A stretch of DNA of 61,068 bases from Paenibacillaceae bacterium (GCA_041686835.1 JAWLCZ010000001.1:1-61068); one strand, 5' to 3'. Shown: positions 10,102 to 20,322, numbered from the stretch's first letter. Program-made: numbers and translations. The notes: a model not told the origin generated them from the letters alone.

Positions 10102-11874
10102 TTAATCTTTTACAGTCAGCACTTTCCACGTTTTTCCGCCGTCATCCGTGCGAATCAGTTTTGTGCCGGATTGATTTTCCGACATGTCAAGCAGCCAGCC
10201 GGATTGATCGTCGGCAAATTGAAATTGAAGAATGACCGGGTTCTCGGCAACCGTTTGCGTAAACGTTGAATCCGTACGCACTTTGTTCCAGCTCTTCCCG
10301 CCGTCTTCCGTTTGATACAAACTTCCGTCCGATACCAGCCATCCGGAGTTGACGTCGGCGAAAACAAGGTTTTCCATTCTTTCCACTTTTATATTGCCGG
10401 GGAAAGCGGTGCCGCTCCACGTATCCCCGCCGTCATTCGTATGGTAGGCAGCCAGTTTCACCTTGTCATCGTAACCGAACTTGACAACCACAACTCCGTC
10501 GGTGTTATGGTCTCCGGAAAATACCGGCGCCGAGATGGAAGAGTATACATAGTCCCGATCAATCGACTGCGGAACGTTCAAAGATACGGCTTTCCACGTT
10601 TTCCCGCCGTCTGCGGTTTTATAAAGCAGCAGCTTGGAACTGACCGGATTATCCATCGAGACAAAGCCTTCTTGGTCGTTAATGAATACGAGGCCCGTCG
10701 AATGGCCTTCCTGGGGCAGCGCATCTTTCGTAGGCGAATCCCCTGGAATATAGCCGGTATTGCTGGATACGACTTTCCAGGATTGTCCGCCGTCCACAGT
10801 ACGGTAAACTTTCTTCTGGCTGTGATGCATGGCTGCCTCGCCGGACGTTAATATCCACCCGTGACGTTCATCGGTAAAACAGAGGCTCACGGGATGATCG
10901 TATCCGGGAAATGTAACCTTGCTCCAATGTTTCCCCGCATCCGTCGTGCGGGCAACCGTCATTTTTTTATCATCGGACCAGCTCATCCATCCGGTATTCT
11001 CATCCGCGAAATATAGAGTGGGATGAAAATATTCATTGACGGCTCCGGCGCCCAGATTTTCCGACGGGACCTGCTTCCAATGCGCTCCACCGTCGGTCGT
11101 CCGCATAAGTACGAGTTTGTTCTGCTGAATTCCCCAAGCCCAACCGTTTCGATTGTCGATCATTTGCACCCCTTGCGGTTTTTGCAGCACCACCCGGGAG
11201 GAATCCTCATCCGAAGCCGACGGAATGACGGTGATGCCCAAGTCGCCGCCGGTTCCGGCTTGAATACCGGACAGGCTCCATTGGTCATCCGATTGCCGAA
11301 CGGTAACTTTTAGGGTACCTTCACCCGCGCTGCCCGTAGAAGTCGCCAGCTTGAATAAAACGTCAAAAGCCCGTTCGCCTACGCCGGTTTGAACGCCTTC
11401 GGACACGGTATAGCTGTCCACCCAGGGACTCGAGACGCCGGTGACCCAGTTCAATTCCTCGAACTGCTTGCGGGTTTTCTTCTGAAGTGCCGGTGAAAGG
11501 ACGGCATACTGAACCGCTCCGTTCCTTGCCTTTATGGCTTCAGCCCATGTCTGTACAGCTTCTTCCGGGGATTGGGGGGCTATCCAATGCTGCAACAGTT
11601 CGATTTGCCGCTGCAGCGATTTTTGCTGGTCCGGCGTGTCGATCGTGACCGTCCGCTCCTTTCCATTCCAAGCGACTTGAGCCCCTAATGCCTCACCTAC
11701 CCAACGTATAGGCACCATAGTCCGGTCGTTTATGATTTGCGGCGGGACATCGGGAGCAAGCACCATTCCGTTGACAACCAACTTGATCGTATTAGAAGCA
11801 AACGAAACTCCGGCTGCTGAGAAAACGGTGACGATGGACAGAATCAGGAATACCCATTTCTTTCGCATACACAT
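10102..11874 (-). CDS. Secreted protein: copper-amine-oxidase N-terminal (stalk) domain plus BNR/Asp-box (Ycf48-like) beta-propeller
   Basis: Signal peptide MCMRKKWVFLILSIVTVFSAAGVSFA, placed after RBS AAAGGAGG. Stalk motif LVVNGMVLAPDVPPQIINDRTMVPIRWVGEALGAQVAW. Seven Asp-box repeats (TTDGGAHWKQV, TTDAGKHWSKV, TVDGGQSWKVV, TADGGKTWKAV, TNDGGDTWSG, TEDGGKSWNKV, TDDGGKTWKVL). Confidence 0.8.
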   Translation of the reverse strand: MCMRKKWVFLILSIVTVFSAAGVSFASNTIKLVVNGMVLAPDVPPQIINDRTMVPIRWVGEALGAQVAWNGKERTVTIDTPDQQKSLQRQIELLQHWIAPQSPEEAVQTWAEAIKARNGAVQYAVLSPALQKKTRKQFEELNWVTGVSSPWVDSYTVSEGVQTGVGERAFDVLFKLATSTGSAGEGTLKVTVRQSDDQWSLSGIQAGTGGDLGITVIPSASDEDSSRVVLQKPQGVQMIDNRNGWAWGIQQNKLVLMRTTDGGAHWKQVPSENLGAGAVNEYFHPTLYFADENTGWMSWSDDKKMTVARTTDAGKHWSKVTFPGYDHPVSLCFTDERHGWILTSGEAAMHHSQKKVYRTVDGGQSWKVVSSNTGYIPGDSPTKDALPQEGHSTGLVFINDQEGFVSMDNPVSSKLLLYKTADGGKTWKAVSLNVPQSIDRDYVYSSISAPVFSGDHNTDGVVVVKFGYDDKVKLAAYHTNDGGDTWSGTAFPGNIKVERMENLVFADVNSGWLVSDGSLYQTEDGGKSWNKVRTDSTFTQTVAENPVILQFQFADDQSGWLLDMSENQSGTKLIRTDDGGKTWKVLTVKD

Positions 11875-12088
11875 GCTGCCTCCTTTGTTTTTTGATCGAT
11901 AGATCGATACCTTGCAATCGGATCGATACCCAATAGACGAAACCAAAAACCAAAAAGTTCCAAATGATTTGAAAAATGATGCGAACGCAACTTTCTCCTC
12001 GTCTCAGGGGTTGTAGTTGTATGGCATAGATGGCATGGGTATGGATCGTCTAAAATGGATGTCATGCGACGGTATTTCATGATTAGAG

Positions 12089-12117
12089 TTTACAAATCAT
12101 TGTCAATCATTTATGAT
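12089..12117 (+). promoter_or_regulatory. Candidate sigma-A promoter upstream of the VOC gene
   Basis: TTTACA, 17 nt, TATGAT. It is embedded in four copies of AATCAT/ATGATT. Confidence 0.3.
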
Positions 12118-12242
12118 TTATGGAATGAAATCGGGAAGTGCGGAATAGGCAATCATGAGTGCAATAAGAAGATTACCGATGGCACTTATTTGGAAAGATT
12201 CATTCCAGATGCAATGGGATGAATACGGAGGAGGATTTCGGA

Positions 12243-12641
12243 ATGACCGGTAATGAAACAACGGGGAAGTATAATTTGTTTGAGTGCAGCATTCCCATTT
12301 TAAGTGTGAGAGATCTCTCTGCCAGTATCGATTATTATGTAAATATACTCGGTTTCCAGAAAGACTGGGCCGATCAAAGTATGGCATCCGTATCGCGCGA
12401 TCGCGCAGCCGTCTATTTGTGCCAAGGCGAGCAAGGACAACCCGGCACATGGATTTGGATCGGCGTTAATGATGTGCAATCGCTCTTTGAAGAATATAAG
12501 TCGAAAGGCGCATTGATCCGGATGGAACCGGTCAACTTTTCATGGGCCTATGAAATGAGAATAGAAGATCCGGATGGACACGTCTTACGTATAGGCTCAG
12601 AACCCAAGGAGAATGAACCGTACAGCGATCAAAACGGGTAA
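12243..12641 (+). CDS. VOC (glyoxalase/bleomycin-resistance) family protein
   Basis: IPILSVRDLSASIDYYVNILGFQKDW ... MRIEDPDGHVLRIGS. The ATG at 12243 lies 7 nt after GGAGGAGGA. Confidence 0.7.
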   Translation: MTGNETTGKYNLFECSIPILSVRDLSASIDYYVNILGFQKDWADQSMASVSRDRAAVYLCQGEQGQPGTWIWIGVNDVQSLFEEYKSKGALIRMEPVNFSWAYEMRIEDPDGHVLRIGSEPKENEPYSDQNG

Positions 12642-12797
12642 AACGATGATAAGCGCCGGCAGGTCGGTCATGGATAGGTAAGAAATCATTCGAAAAAAGC
12701 CGATGCGGTATCGGGCATTTCGTCATGCTTTCCGCTCGGCTTTTTTTTCCAGGGACAAAGGATGCGAAAGGGGACTCCATGGAGTCCCTCTTGTCGC

Positions 12798-13724
12798 TTA
12801 AGCCGATTTGCCTTTTTCGGCCTGATTGTTGCGGGTAATGCTGCGGCGGCCGTCGACGCTTACGGGCACTTCGCCTTTGACCGTCACCCTGCGGACTACA
12901 CGGTGCTGATTGCCGTAATCGTTGATGGCATAATGTTGCGTCGCCCGATTGTCCCAGATGACCACGTCGCCCACTTCCCAACGCCAGCGCACGGTATTTT
13001 CCAACCGGGTAATATAGTCCTGGAAGATGGAGAAGAGACGGGCCGAATCGGCGGCCGACACGCCTAATATTTTCTTGACAAAGTGTCCGAGCAGCAAGGT
13101 TCGCTCCCCGGTCTCCGGAAGGACCTGCACGACCGGATGCTCCGTTTCGTACACCTGTGAGGCAAATACTTCTTTGTGGCGGCGCAGCGCTCCCTCCGAA
13201 GCATCCTGATGATAAGCCGCGTAGTCGTAATCATTGGTATGCAGAGCCCAGAGCCGGTCGGCAAGGTTGCGCAAATCGGCGGGGAGGCTTTCGTACGCGG
13301 CGGCGGTATTGGCCCACACGGTATCGCCGCCTGCGGGTGGTATAACGACGGCGCGAAGGATGGACGCCTTAGGATAAGCGTCAATAAAGGTTATATCGGT
13401 GTGCCAGGAGTTGGCGCGTCCTCCGTGAGAAGCGGAATCGAGCTCAAGGATATAATCGGTGCCTGTTCTGACAGGTACGGTCGGATGTGCAATCGGATCG
13501 CCCAGCAGGCGGGCGACGGCTTCCTGCCCGGCATCGTCCAGATGATGTTGTCCGCGGAAAAAAAGGACTTTATATTTCAGTAAAGCGTCTCGAATCGCAT
13601 GGGCTGCGGCGGCATCAAGATTCGCGGATAGACGGATTCCTTTGATTTCGGCTCCGATTCTTCCGGCAACCGGACGCACCTCGATTTCTGTGCTGTTAGG
13701 TTGATTGCTGACGGATTGGCTCAT
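12798..13724 (-). CDS. TauD/TfdA-family Fe(II)/2-oxoglutarate dioxygenase (taurine/alkylsulfate-type)
   Basis: Facial-triad region [22 protein letters not shown] and C-terminal [24 protein letters not shown]. Confidence 0.8.
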   Translation of the reverse strand: MSQSVSNQPNSTEIEVRPVAGRIGAEIKGIRLSANLDAAAAHAIRDALLKYKVLFFRGQHHLDDAGQEAVARLLGDPIAHPTVPVRTGTDYILELDSASHGGRANSWHTDITFIDAYPKASILRAVVIPPAGGDTVWANTAAAYESLPADLRNLADRLWALHTNDYDYAAYHQDASEGALRRHKEVFASQVYETEHPVVQVLPETGERTLLLGHFVKKILGVSAADSARLFSIFQDYITRLENTVRWRWEVGDVVIWDNRATQHYAINDYGNQHRVVRRVTVKGEVPVSVDGRRSITRNNQAEKGKSA

Positions 13725-13750
13725 AGGTATTCCTCCTTGTTTGGTTTGAT

Positions 13751-14677
13751 TTAAAACGGACGGTCACCGCTAATGGCGACGCGTTCGGCTACCCGGCGGT
13801 GGGGATAATAATCGGATACCGCGTAATGCTGGGTGGCGCGGTTATCCCAGAAGGCTACCGTGTTCGGTTCCCAATGAAAACGCACCTGGTATTCGGGAAT
13901 CTGCACTTGTCTGAACAGATATTGCAGCAGACTCTCGCTTTCCTCGGGGTCAAGCCCGACGATTCGCGAAGTAAACGAAGAATTCACGAACAAGGTTTTC
14001 CGTCCGGTTTCCGGATGCGTGCGGACCACCGGATGTTCGGCTGCCGGAAATTCCTTTTGTCTGGCGGCCAATTCCTCGGGCGACATATTACGGCCGAAAT
14101 TGTGCGTAAAGTCATGGATTGCGGTGAGACCGTCAATCCGCTCCTTAATATCGTCTGGCAGATTGTCGTAAACGGCTGCCATATCCGCCCAAAGTGTATC
14201 GCCGCCGAGCGGCGGAACTTCGATCACCCGCAGCACGGCACCCATTGCCGGCTTCAGCCGCCAAGTCACGTCGGTATGCCAGTTGTTCTCTCTTCCCTGG
14301 TTCTTTTCATCCTTGGCGAAACGGACGACTTCATGGCTGTCGCCCCGAGGCAAAAAAGGATGGGTCTCCAGTTCGCCCCACAGCCGGGCAAAATCCCGCT
14401 GCTGTTCGCTGGTGATCACTTGATTACGGAAGAAGATCACCTTCCATTCCAGCAGCGCCCTGTTCAGCTCATCCCGCAGCTCCGGGGAGACGGGCCGGCT
14501 CAGGTCCACTCCTTCGATTTCAGCGCCGATGATCGGGCTGAGCGGTTTGACTTTGAAAAGCGTATAAGGACGTTCTTCGACGCCTTCGGGGAGGCGGCGC
14601 AGGATGCGCGCTCCGGACCGGTACCCCCGGTCGGGGAGCTGCAGCGGACGGACGATTTCGGTGGTGCTTTCGGACAT
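13751..14677 (-). CDS. TauD/TfdA-family Fe(II)/2-oxoglutarate dioxygenase, tandem paralog
   Basis: [21 protein letters not shown] and [17 protein letters not shown] prefer the ATG at 14677 (MSESTTEIV), preceded by AAAGGAG. The listed 59-codon upstream extension runs through a leader. Confidence 0.8.
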   Translation of the reverse strand: MSESTTEIVRPLQLPDRGYRSGARILRRLPEGVEERPYTLFKVKPLSPIIGAEIEGVDLSRPVSPELRDELNRALLEWKVIFFRNQVITSEQQRDFARLWGELETHPFLPRGDSHEVVRFAKDEKNQGRENNWHTDVTWRLKPAMGAVLRVIEVPPLGGDTLWADMAAVYDNLPDDIKERIDGLTAIHDFTHNFGRNMSPEELAARQKEFPAAEHPVVRTHPETGRKTLFVNSSFTSRIVGLDPEESESLLQYLFRQVQIPEYQVRFHWEPNTVAFWDNRATQHYAVSDYYPHRRVAERVAISGDRPF

Positions 14678-14811
14678 TGGGCATACTCCTTTCGGCAATG
14701 AAAATGATTGGGTAAGGCCGGCGCTTCGCGGCGGGAGGGCCGCTGCAAATCCGCCAGGCCGATTACACGATGCAGGAATAGTGGAATCTCGCGGGCGATC
14801 GTTCGAATAAA

Positions 14812-14860
14812 CAAAAAACACCATTACGGGCTTGAAAATTTCAAAGCCGGTCATGGCGTT
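14812..14860 (-). terminator. Intrinsic terminator-like long hairpin plus U-run inside the tauD-side leader (attenuator or 3' end of a small RNA)
   Basis: Minus strand AACGCCATGACCGGCTTTGAAATTTTCAAGCCCGTAATGGTGTTTTTTG. About 18 pairs including one GU, with one bulge and two mismatches, then T6. Confidence 0.55.
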
Positions 14861-14936
14861 TCTAGCGGTCTAGTCAACACGATACTTATATGCGAGAAAT
14901 CCAAGTGAAAAACTTGGTTTTCGATTTGTCAATAAC

Positions 14937-14965
14937 ATCATACGGCGCAAGTTTTTTTTCGTCAA
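14937..14965 (-). promoter_or_regulatory. Sigma-A-type promoter firing leftward toward the tauD genes
   Basis: Minus strand TTGACG, 17 nt, TATGAT. Confidence 0.55.
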
Positions 14966-14988
14966 CCCTTTTTTTTGAAATTTTTGTA

Positions 14989-15019
14989 TTGACACCTGCC
15001 CAGATGTTCGTAATATAAT
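14989..15019 (+). promoter_or_regulatory. Sigma-A-type promoter firing rightward toward the ABC/sulfatase operon
   Basis: TTGACA followed by TAATATAAT. The -10 is readable as TAATAT with a 16-nt spacer or TATAAT with a 19-nt spacer. Confidence 0.6.
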
Positions 15020-15158
15020 ACAAAGTAATCTAATCGGATTAATTGAAAATTCGATGAATCAAAGAGCATTCCGGACAGGAAAGAGGTGGGAATCCGCATT
15101 TCCTCACTTGCCAAGTATTCAAATAAATTGGGAATCAACAGACGTCGACCGGACCACT

Positions 15159-15199
15159 GGAGACACAAACGCAACGCATGTTGCCTGTGTCTTTTTTTA
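15159..15199 (+). terminator. Leader intrinsic terminator 35 nt upstream of the first permease start codon (attenuator / riboswitch expression platform candidate)
   Basis: AGACACAAAC-GCAAC-GCAT-GTTGC-C-TGTGTCT followed by TTTTTTT. Confidence 0.6.
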
Positions 15200-15234
15200 T
15201 TTCATTTTTTTACGACTGGAGGTTTTAGCGGAAG

Positions 15235-16209
15235 ATGGCGTTAACCAAAGACAATTACGAATTGACCGTTCCGGAAATCACTGACGTCGTCTCGGGTTAC
15301 AAGAAGAAGACGATCTGGAACGATCTGTGGCGTCATCGTTATTTGTATTTCATGATTTTGCCGGCGCTCGTTTACTATGCCCTATTCCATTATTTACCGC
15401 TGTACGGCGCGGTGATTGCATTTAAGGATTTCAATATTACCAAAGGAATATTGGGAAGCCCTTGGGCGGGCCTGAAGCATTTTGAGTATTTGTTTTCGCT
15501 GGACAAATTTTGGCAGGTGCTGAACAATACCGTCGTCATCAGCCTGTACAGGTTCGTTTTCGGTTTTCCGTTTCCGTTAATTGTCGCTCTGCTTCTGAAT
15601 GAGGTCAGACTTGCGCTGTTTAAAAGAAGCGTTCAAACCGTCATTTACCTGCCGCATTTCATTTCGTGGGTCATCCTGGGAGGCTTGATGATCAATTTCC
15701 TGGCGATCGATAACGGTGTGATCAACAATGTGATCCAGTTTTTCGGCGGAGCGCCTATCGGATTTATGAGCGATGAGAATGTTTTTCGCCACACGCTTGT
15801 ATTTTCGATGATTTGGAAGGAATTCGGCTGGAATTCCATCATCTATATGGCCGCTTTGGCAGGGGTCAGTCCGCACTTGTACGAGGCCGCCATGATCGAC
15901 GGGGCGAACCGCTGGCATCGGATGTGGCATATTACGCTGCCGTGCATACGAAGCACGATTATCATTCTGTTGATTCTGAGACTGGGGAACATTATGGAAG
16001 CCGGGTTCGAGCAAATCTTCGTGCTTTATCATCCGGGGGTTTATTCGGTAGCCGATATCATTGACACCTATGTTTACAGAACCGGTCTGGCAGAAGGGCG
16101 TTTCAGCCTTGCGGCGGCGGTAGGGCTGTTTAAATCCCTGATCAATTTTATGCTGCTGGTGATTGCCAATAAACTGGCAAGGATGATGGGCGAACAGGGT
16201 GTTTACTAA
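15235..16209 (+). CDS. Carbohydrate ABC transporter permease (LplB-like)
   Basis: Multi-TM protein with EAA-loop YEAAMIDGANRWHRMWHITLPCI. Confidence 0.85.
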   Translation: MALTKDNYELTVPEITDVVSGYKKKTIWNDLWRHRYLYFMILPALVYYALFHYLPLYGAVIAFKDFNITKGILGSPWAGLKHFEYLFSLDKFWQVLNNTVVISLYRFVFGFPFPLIVALLLNEVRLALFKRSVQTVIYLPHFISWVILGGLMINFLAIDNGVINNVIQFFGGAPIGFMSDENVFRHTLVFSMIWKEFGWNSIIYMAALAGVSPHLYEAAMIDGANRWHRMWHITLPCIRSTIIILLILRLGNIMEAGFEQIFVLYHPGVYSVADIIDTYVYRTGLAEGRFSLAAAVGLFKSLINFMLLVIANKLARMMGEQGVY

Positions 16210-16222
16210 GGAGAGATACAGG

Positions 16223-17089
16223 ATGAAATTTAAAGGTAGAGCCAGCCTGGCATTCGATGTATTCAACTATACCTTTCTTAGTCTTCTGGCTTTCGCCACA
16301 TTGTATCCGTTTTGGGATACGTTCGTCGTTTCCATCATTCCCATGGATGAATATTTGAAATCCGCCGTTCATCTATGGCCGAAGACCGTCACTTTCGAAG
16401 CCTATACGTATTTGTTGTCCATGAAGGAATTATGGAATTCTTACACAGTGACCTTTTTTATTACTGCGGTGGGCACGGCGATTAACATGCTGCTTACCGT
16501 GATGGCCGCCTATGCTTTATCGAAAAAGGATTTAAAAGGCCATCGGGTGATCATGTTCCTCATCCTTTTCACGATGTTGTTCAGCGGCGGAGTCATTCCG
16601 TCCTACATCATTGTGAAAAATTTGGGCTTGATGAATTCGTTGTGGGCCCTAATGATTCCGAACGCCATCAATACGTACAACTTGATCGTGATGAGGAATT
16701 TTTTCGCGTCGATTCCCGACGGGCTTGAAGATTCGGCCAAAATCGACGGGTGCAACGATATGGGAGTGCTGTTTCGGATCGTCATCCCGTTGTCTATGCC
16801 CGGAATAGCCACCATAACGTTGTTTTATGCGGTTGCGCACTGGAATGAGTTTTTCAACGCCATTTTTTATATCACGGATAAAAATCTTTGGCCGCTTCAG
16901 TTGTTCCTGAGAGGGATGCTGTTTGAGAACGAATCCGCGTATTCAGGCGGAGGGGACAGTCCTTTTCTGCTGGGACCCGCCATTAAGATGGCTACGGTCA
17001 TGGTCGCGACGATTCCGGTCATGCTGGTCTATCCCTTTTTCCAAAAATATTTCGCAAAAGGGGCTCTCTTGGGAGCGGTCAAAGAATAA
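16223..17089 (+). CDS. Carbohydrate ABC transporter permease (LplC-like)
   Basis: EAA-loop LEDSAKIDGCNDMGVLFRIVIPLSMP. ATG at 16223, after GGAGAGA. Confidence 0.85.
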   Translation: MKFKGRASLAFDVFNYTFLSLLAFATLYPFWDTFVVSIIPMDEYLKSAVHLWPKTVTFEAYTYLLSMKELWNSYTVTFFITAVGTAINMLLTVMAAYALSKKDLKGHRVIMFLILFTMLFSGGVIPSYIIVKNLGLMNSLWALMIPNAINTYNLIVMRNFFASIPDGLEDSAKIDGCNDMGVLFRIVIPLSMPGIATITLFYAVAHWNEFFNAIFYITDKNLWPLQLFLRGMLFENESAYSGGGDSPFLLGPAIKMATVMVATIPVMLVYPFFQKYFAKGALLGAVKE

Positions 17090-17151
17090 ATCCGCTCGAT
17101 TCACGCGCAAGTCAACCAAAATTCAAACATAACTATGGGGGAGTTTCAACG

Positions 17152-18684
17152 ATGAAAAGAATGTTGCGAATGGTTTCCTTACTTACAATCATTTCCATGC
17201 TCGCTGCCATTGCGGCAGCTTGCACGAAGGACGCGTCTTCGCAGTCCGAGGGGGGAGACTCTGCCTATGAATTGACCTACTTGACGACAGGCGATCAGGC
17301 CGCGAAACCGCTGCAGCCGAACGACCGCATTATTGCCGAGATTAACAAGCGGCTTGGAATCAAATTAAATGTGCAAATCGTACCCGAAGGGGCTGTGGAT
17401 AAAATCAATGCCGCTTTTGCATCCGGCGATCTGCCCGATGTGGTCACGACGAAGTTTCCTTCGGAAGCCGTTTCCCAGTGGATTAACGAAGGCATTATTA
17501 TTCCCATCGACGATTATTTGGACGTGATGCCTACGGTGAAACAGAAAATCGAGAATAACGGTCTTCAGTGGACCTCGGTGAATGGCAAATATTACGGATA
17601 TCCGTTTATAAGTCAAATGACCCGATCCAATTACACCGTGCAATTTCGGGCGGATTGGCTTGAAAAGCTGGGCATTCAGCCGCCACAAACATTGGACGAG
17701 TTCTACGAAGCCTTAAAAGCGGTAACGACGCGGGATCCCGACGGCAACGGAAAAAACGACACGTATGGATTCTCTACCAACAAACCTAATGCCGGAGAGG
17801 CGATCAGTGCGTTTAATTTCGTGTTTTTCGCCTACGGATTGCCTTATGGAGACTGGGCTCTGGACGATAAAGGAAACGTGATCCCCACTTTTGAACATCC
17901 CGCCTTTAAGCAAGGTATGGCGTATTTGCGTAAGCTAATGGATGAAAAGCTGATCGAACCCGAGTTTATGGTGAACGATCGGCCGATGAAAGAACAGAAA
18001 TTTTTCCAGGGCAAAGTCGGCTTTATGGAAGGTCCGTTGTTCAGACACGTCAATCGAATTGAGAGCGGCTTGCAGAAAGTGAATCCGGAAGGCAAGCTGG
18101 GTTGGGCCGCACCTCCTGCCGGACCGGACGGAAAACGCGGTATGCCGAGGAAGCCCAAAGGCGGATTTTTAACAGCTATTACCAAAGAAGCCAAGAATCC
18201 CAAGAAAGCAGCCGAGTTTATTGAATTTCTTCTTTCCAAGGAAGGCCGCGATTTGCTTCAGTTGGGTATTGAGGGCATCCACTATACCCGAGAAGGCGAC
18301 AAGATTATCTACAATGAAGCGGAACGCGAAAAAGACGGATTTGCCGCTAACGGATGGGCCCACCCTTTGGCATGGGGCAACGTGACATGGCCGATCGACG
18401 AAAATTATTTGCCGCAAACCGAACCGCAGTTGGAGCGCGCCAAACAATCCGTAGAACTGGCTTCCAAGTATATCATGCCAAACCTGGTGGCTACCATGAC
18501 GCCGGCAGAAATCAAGTACGGTTCGGCGTTGAACGATCTGTACAACCAATATTTCCTGAATATGCTGAACGGCAAGATCGATATCGACAAGGGCGTAGAG
18601 GAACTCGGACAAAAATGGCGGCAGCAAGGGGGAGACGAAGTATTGAAGCAAGTTACGGAAGCTTACAAGAAACAAAAGAAATAA
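17152..18684 (+). CDS. Extracellular solute-binding lipoprotein (LplA-like, ~510 aa class)
   Basis: Signal peptide with lipobox MLAAIAAAC. Size and position after the two permeases fit this class. Confidence 0.8.
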   Translation: MKRMLRMVSLLTIISMLAAIAAACTKDASSQSEGGDSAYELTYLTTGDQAAKPLQPNDRIIAEINKRLGIKLNVQIVPEGAVDKINAAFASGDLPDVVTTKFPSEAVSQWINEGIIIPIDDYLDVMPTVKQKIENNGLQWTSVNGKYYGYPFISQMTRSNYTVQFRADWLEKLGIQPPQTLDEFYEALKAVTTRDPDGNGKNDTYGFSTNKPNAGEAISAFNFVFFAYGLPYGDWALDDKGNVIPTFEHPAFKQGMAYLRKLMDEKLIEPEFMVNDRPMKEQKFFQGKVGFMEGPLFRHVNRIESGLQKVNPEGKLGWAAPPAGPDGKRGMPRKPKGGFLTAITKEAKNPKKAAEFIEFLLSKEGRDLLQLGIEGIHYTREGDKIIYNEAEREKDGFAANGWAHPLAWGNVTWPIDENYLPQTEPQLERAKQSVELASKYIMPNLVATMTPAEIKYGSALNDLYNQYFLNMLNGKIDIDKGVEELGQKWRQQGGDEVLKQVTEAYKKQKK

Positions 18685-18903
18685 ACCGCGGGGATAGAGA
18701 ACAATGAAAAAGGGCAGCCGTGCAACCGACATTATCGAAATCCTGTTTGCGATCTATTGCTTGGTGGCGGGGATTTATCTGTTAATGAAATAACATGTTC
18801 AGAAGCCGGGCGGAACTTTACGTTCTATCTTGTTTTTCGCCGGCTTCTTTTCTACGATTGGAGGAGAATGGAAAATGAAGGCGATACCGAAGGAGGGTTA
18901 CAT

Positions 18904-20322
18904 ATGGCGGGTAGCCATGCAGGAAAACCGAATATCGTGTTCATTTTGGCGGACGATCTGGGTCCTTGGGCGATGGGCTGCGCCGGGAATAAAGAAATCC
19001 GCACGCCAAGCTTGGATCGCCTGGCGGCGGAAGGCGTACGCTTTGACAACTTTTTCTGCGCTTCGCCGGTATGTTCGCCCGCCCGCGCTACCCTTCTGAC
19101 GGGAAGGATCCCTTCGCAGCATGGCGTGCTTGACTGGATAAGGGAAGGGAACGTGGGGGAGAAAACGGTGGAATATTTGCAGGGGCAAACCGCCTACACC
19201 GATTTATTGGCACAGGACGGGTATGATTGCGGCATCAGCGGAAAATGGCATCTGGGCGACAGCCTGAAGCCGCAAAAAAGCTTCTCGCACTGGTACGTGC
19301 ATCAAACCGGGGGCGGCTCTTATTACAACGCCCCCATGATCCGCGACGGAAAGCCGATCAACGAACCGGGGTATATTACCGACGCGATCACCGACGACGC
19401 ACTGCATTTTCTCGAGCAGCAGAGCCGCGGCGATCGGCCGTTTTACCTGAGCGTCCACTATACTGCGCCTCACAGCCCTTGGATCGACAATCATCCGAAG
19501 GAAATCGTCGATTCCTACGACGACTGCCCGTTTGCATCGTGCCCGCAGGAGCCCGAGCATCCATGGATTCTCCCCAGCACCGTTCCGGGCGATGTGCGGT
19601 CAAATCCGCGCGAAAATCTGAAAGGGTACTTTGCTGCGGTCACGGCCATGGATCGGAATATCGGGCGCATCCTTGACAAGCTGGAACGGTTGGGCTTGAG
19701 GGAAAACACTCTCGTAGTCTTTACCAGCGACAATGGGTTTAACTGCGGGCACTACGGCATATGGGGAAAAGGCAACGGTACGTTCCCGCAAAACATGTAC
19801 GACGAATCCGTGAAAGTTCCGTTTCTGATCAGCCATCCCGGACGAATCCGGCAAAACGCCGTATGCGATGCGCTGCTCAGCGCTTATGATTTTATGCCGA
19901 CGCTGCTGGACTACGTCGGGATCGAAAATCCGGAAGCGGAACGACTGCCGGGAAGATCGTTCGTTCCGCTGCTGCACGGGAGCGGGACGGACAGGGCCTT
20001 CGAAGAGCCGATCGTCGTTTATGATGAGTACGGACCGGTGAGGATGGTGAGGACAAAAGATTGGAAGTATATTCACCGCTATCCCTACGGACCGCATGAG
20101 CTTTACGATCTGGCGCGCGATCCCGGCGAACGAACGAATCTGATAGACCGTCCCGATTGCCGTGAAGAGGCGATAAGGCTGAAAGCGCTGCTTGAAGATT
20201 GGTTCGTCAAATATGCCGATCCCGGTTTCGACGGTACACGCGAACCGGTAACCGGCAAAGGCCAGTTGGATATGGCGGGACCGGCCGGAAAAGGAGTAAA
20301 GGCGTTTCACGAGCTGGAGTAG
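18904..20322 (+). CDS. Cys-type (formylglycine) sulfatase, no signal peptide
   Basis: NIVFILADDLGPW, and the FGly motif CSPARATLLTGR inside FFCASPVCSPARATLLTGRIP. I prefer the ATG at 18904, after AAGGAGGG, to 18757 or 18868. Confidence 0.85.
   Translation: MAGSHAGKPNIVFILADDLGPWAMGCAGNKEIRTPSLDRLAAEGVRFDNFFCASPVCSPARATLLTGRIPSQHGVLDWIREGNVGEKTVEYLQGQTAYTDLLAQDGYDCGISGKWHLGDSLKPQKSFSHWYVHQTGGGSYYNAPMIRDGKPINEPGYITDAITDDALHFLEQQSRGDRPFYLSVHYTAPHSPWIDNHPKEIVDSYDDCPFASCPQEPEHPWILPSTVPGDVRSNPRENLKGYFAAVTAMDRNIGRILDKLERLGLRENTLVVFTSDNGFNCGHYGIWGKGNGTFPQNMYDESVKVPFLISHPGRIRQNAVCDALLSAYDFMPTLLDYVGIENPEAERLPGRSFVPLLHGSGTDRAFEEPIVVYDEYGPVRMVRTKDWKYIHRYPYGPHELYDLARDPGERTNLIDRPDCREEAIRLKALLEDWFVKYADPGFDGTREPVTGKGQLDMAGPAGKGVKAFHELE

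Noticed and set aside
14678-14854. 59-codon N-terminal extension of the second TauD ORF
   Set aside because: The extension runs through the terminator-like hairpin and has no RBS. The internal ATG at 14677 has AAAGGAG and gives a 308-aa product equal in length to its paralog.
14812-14930. S-box (SAM) or T-box leader upstream of the tauD genes
   Set aside because: None of the conserved S-box blocks (GGTGGAGGGA, ATGAA.CC.GCAACC, AGATGA) nor a T-box sequence is present.
15020-15200. Possible cobalamin riboswitch in the ABC-operon leader (GGTGGGAATCC and CCACTGG resemble B12-element fragments)
   Set aside because: Only two short fragments match, the remaining conserved core is absent, and no B12-dependent gene follows. 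It is kept as an unclassified leader instead.
18757-18903. Listed upstream starts of the first sulfatase (18757, 18868)
   Set aside because: The upstream segment is not sulfatase-like. ATG 18904 has the best Shine-Dalgarno (AAGGAGGG, ~6 nt) and begins just before the conserved NIVFILADD block.
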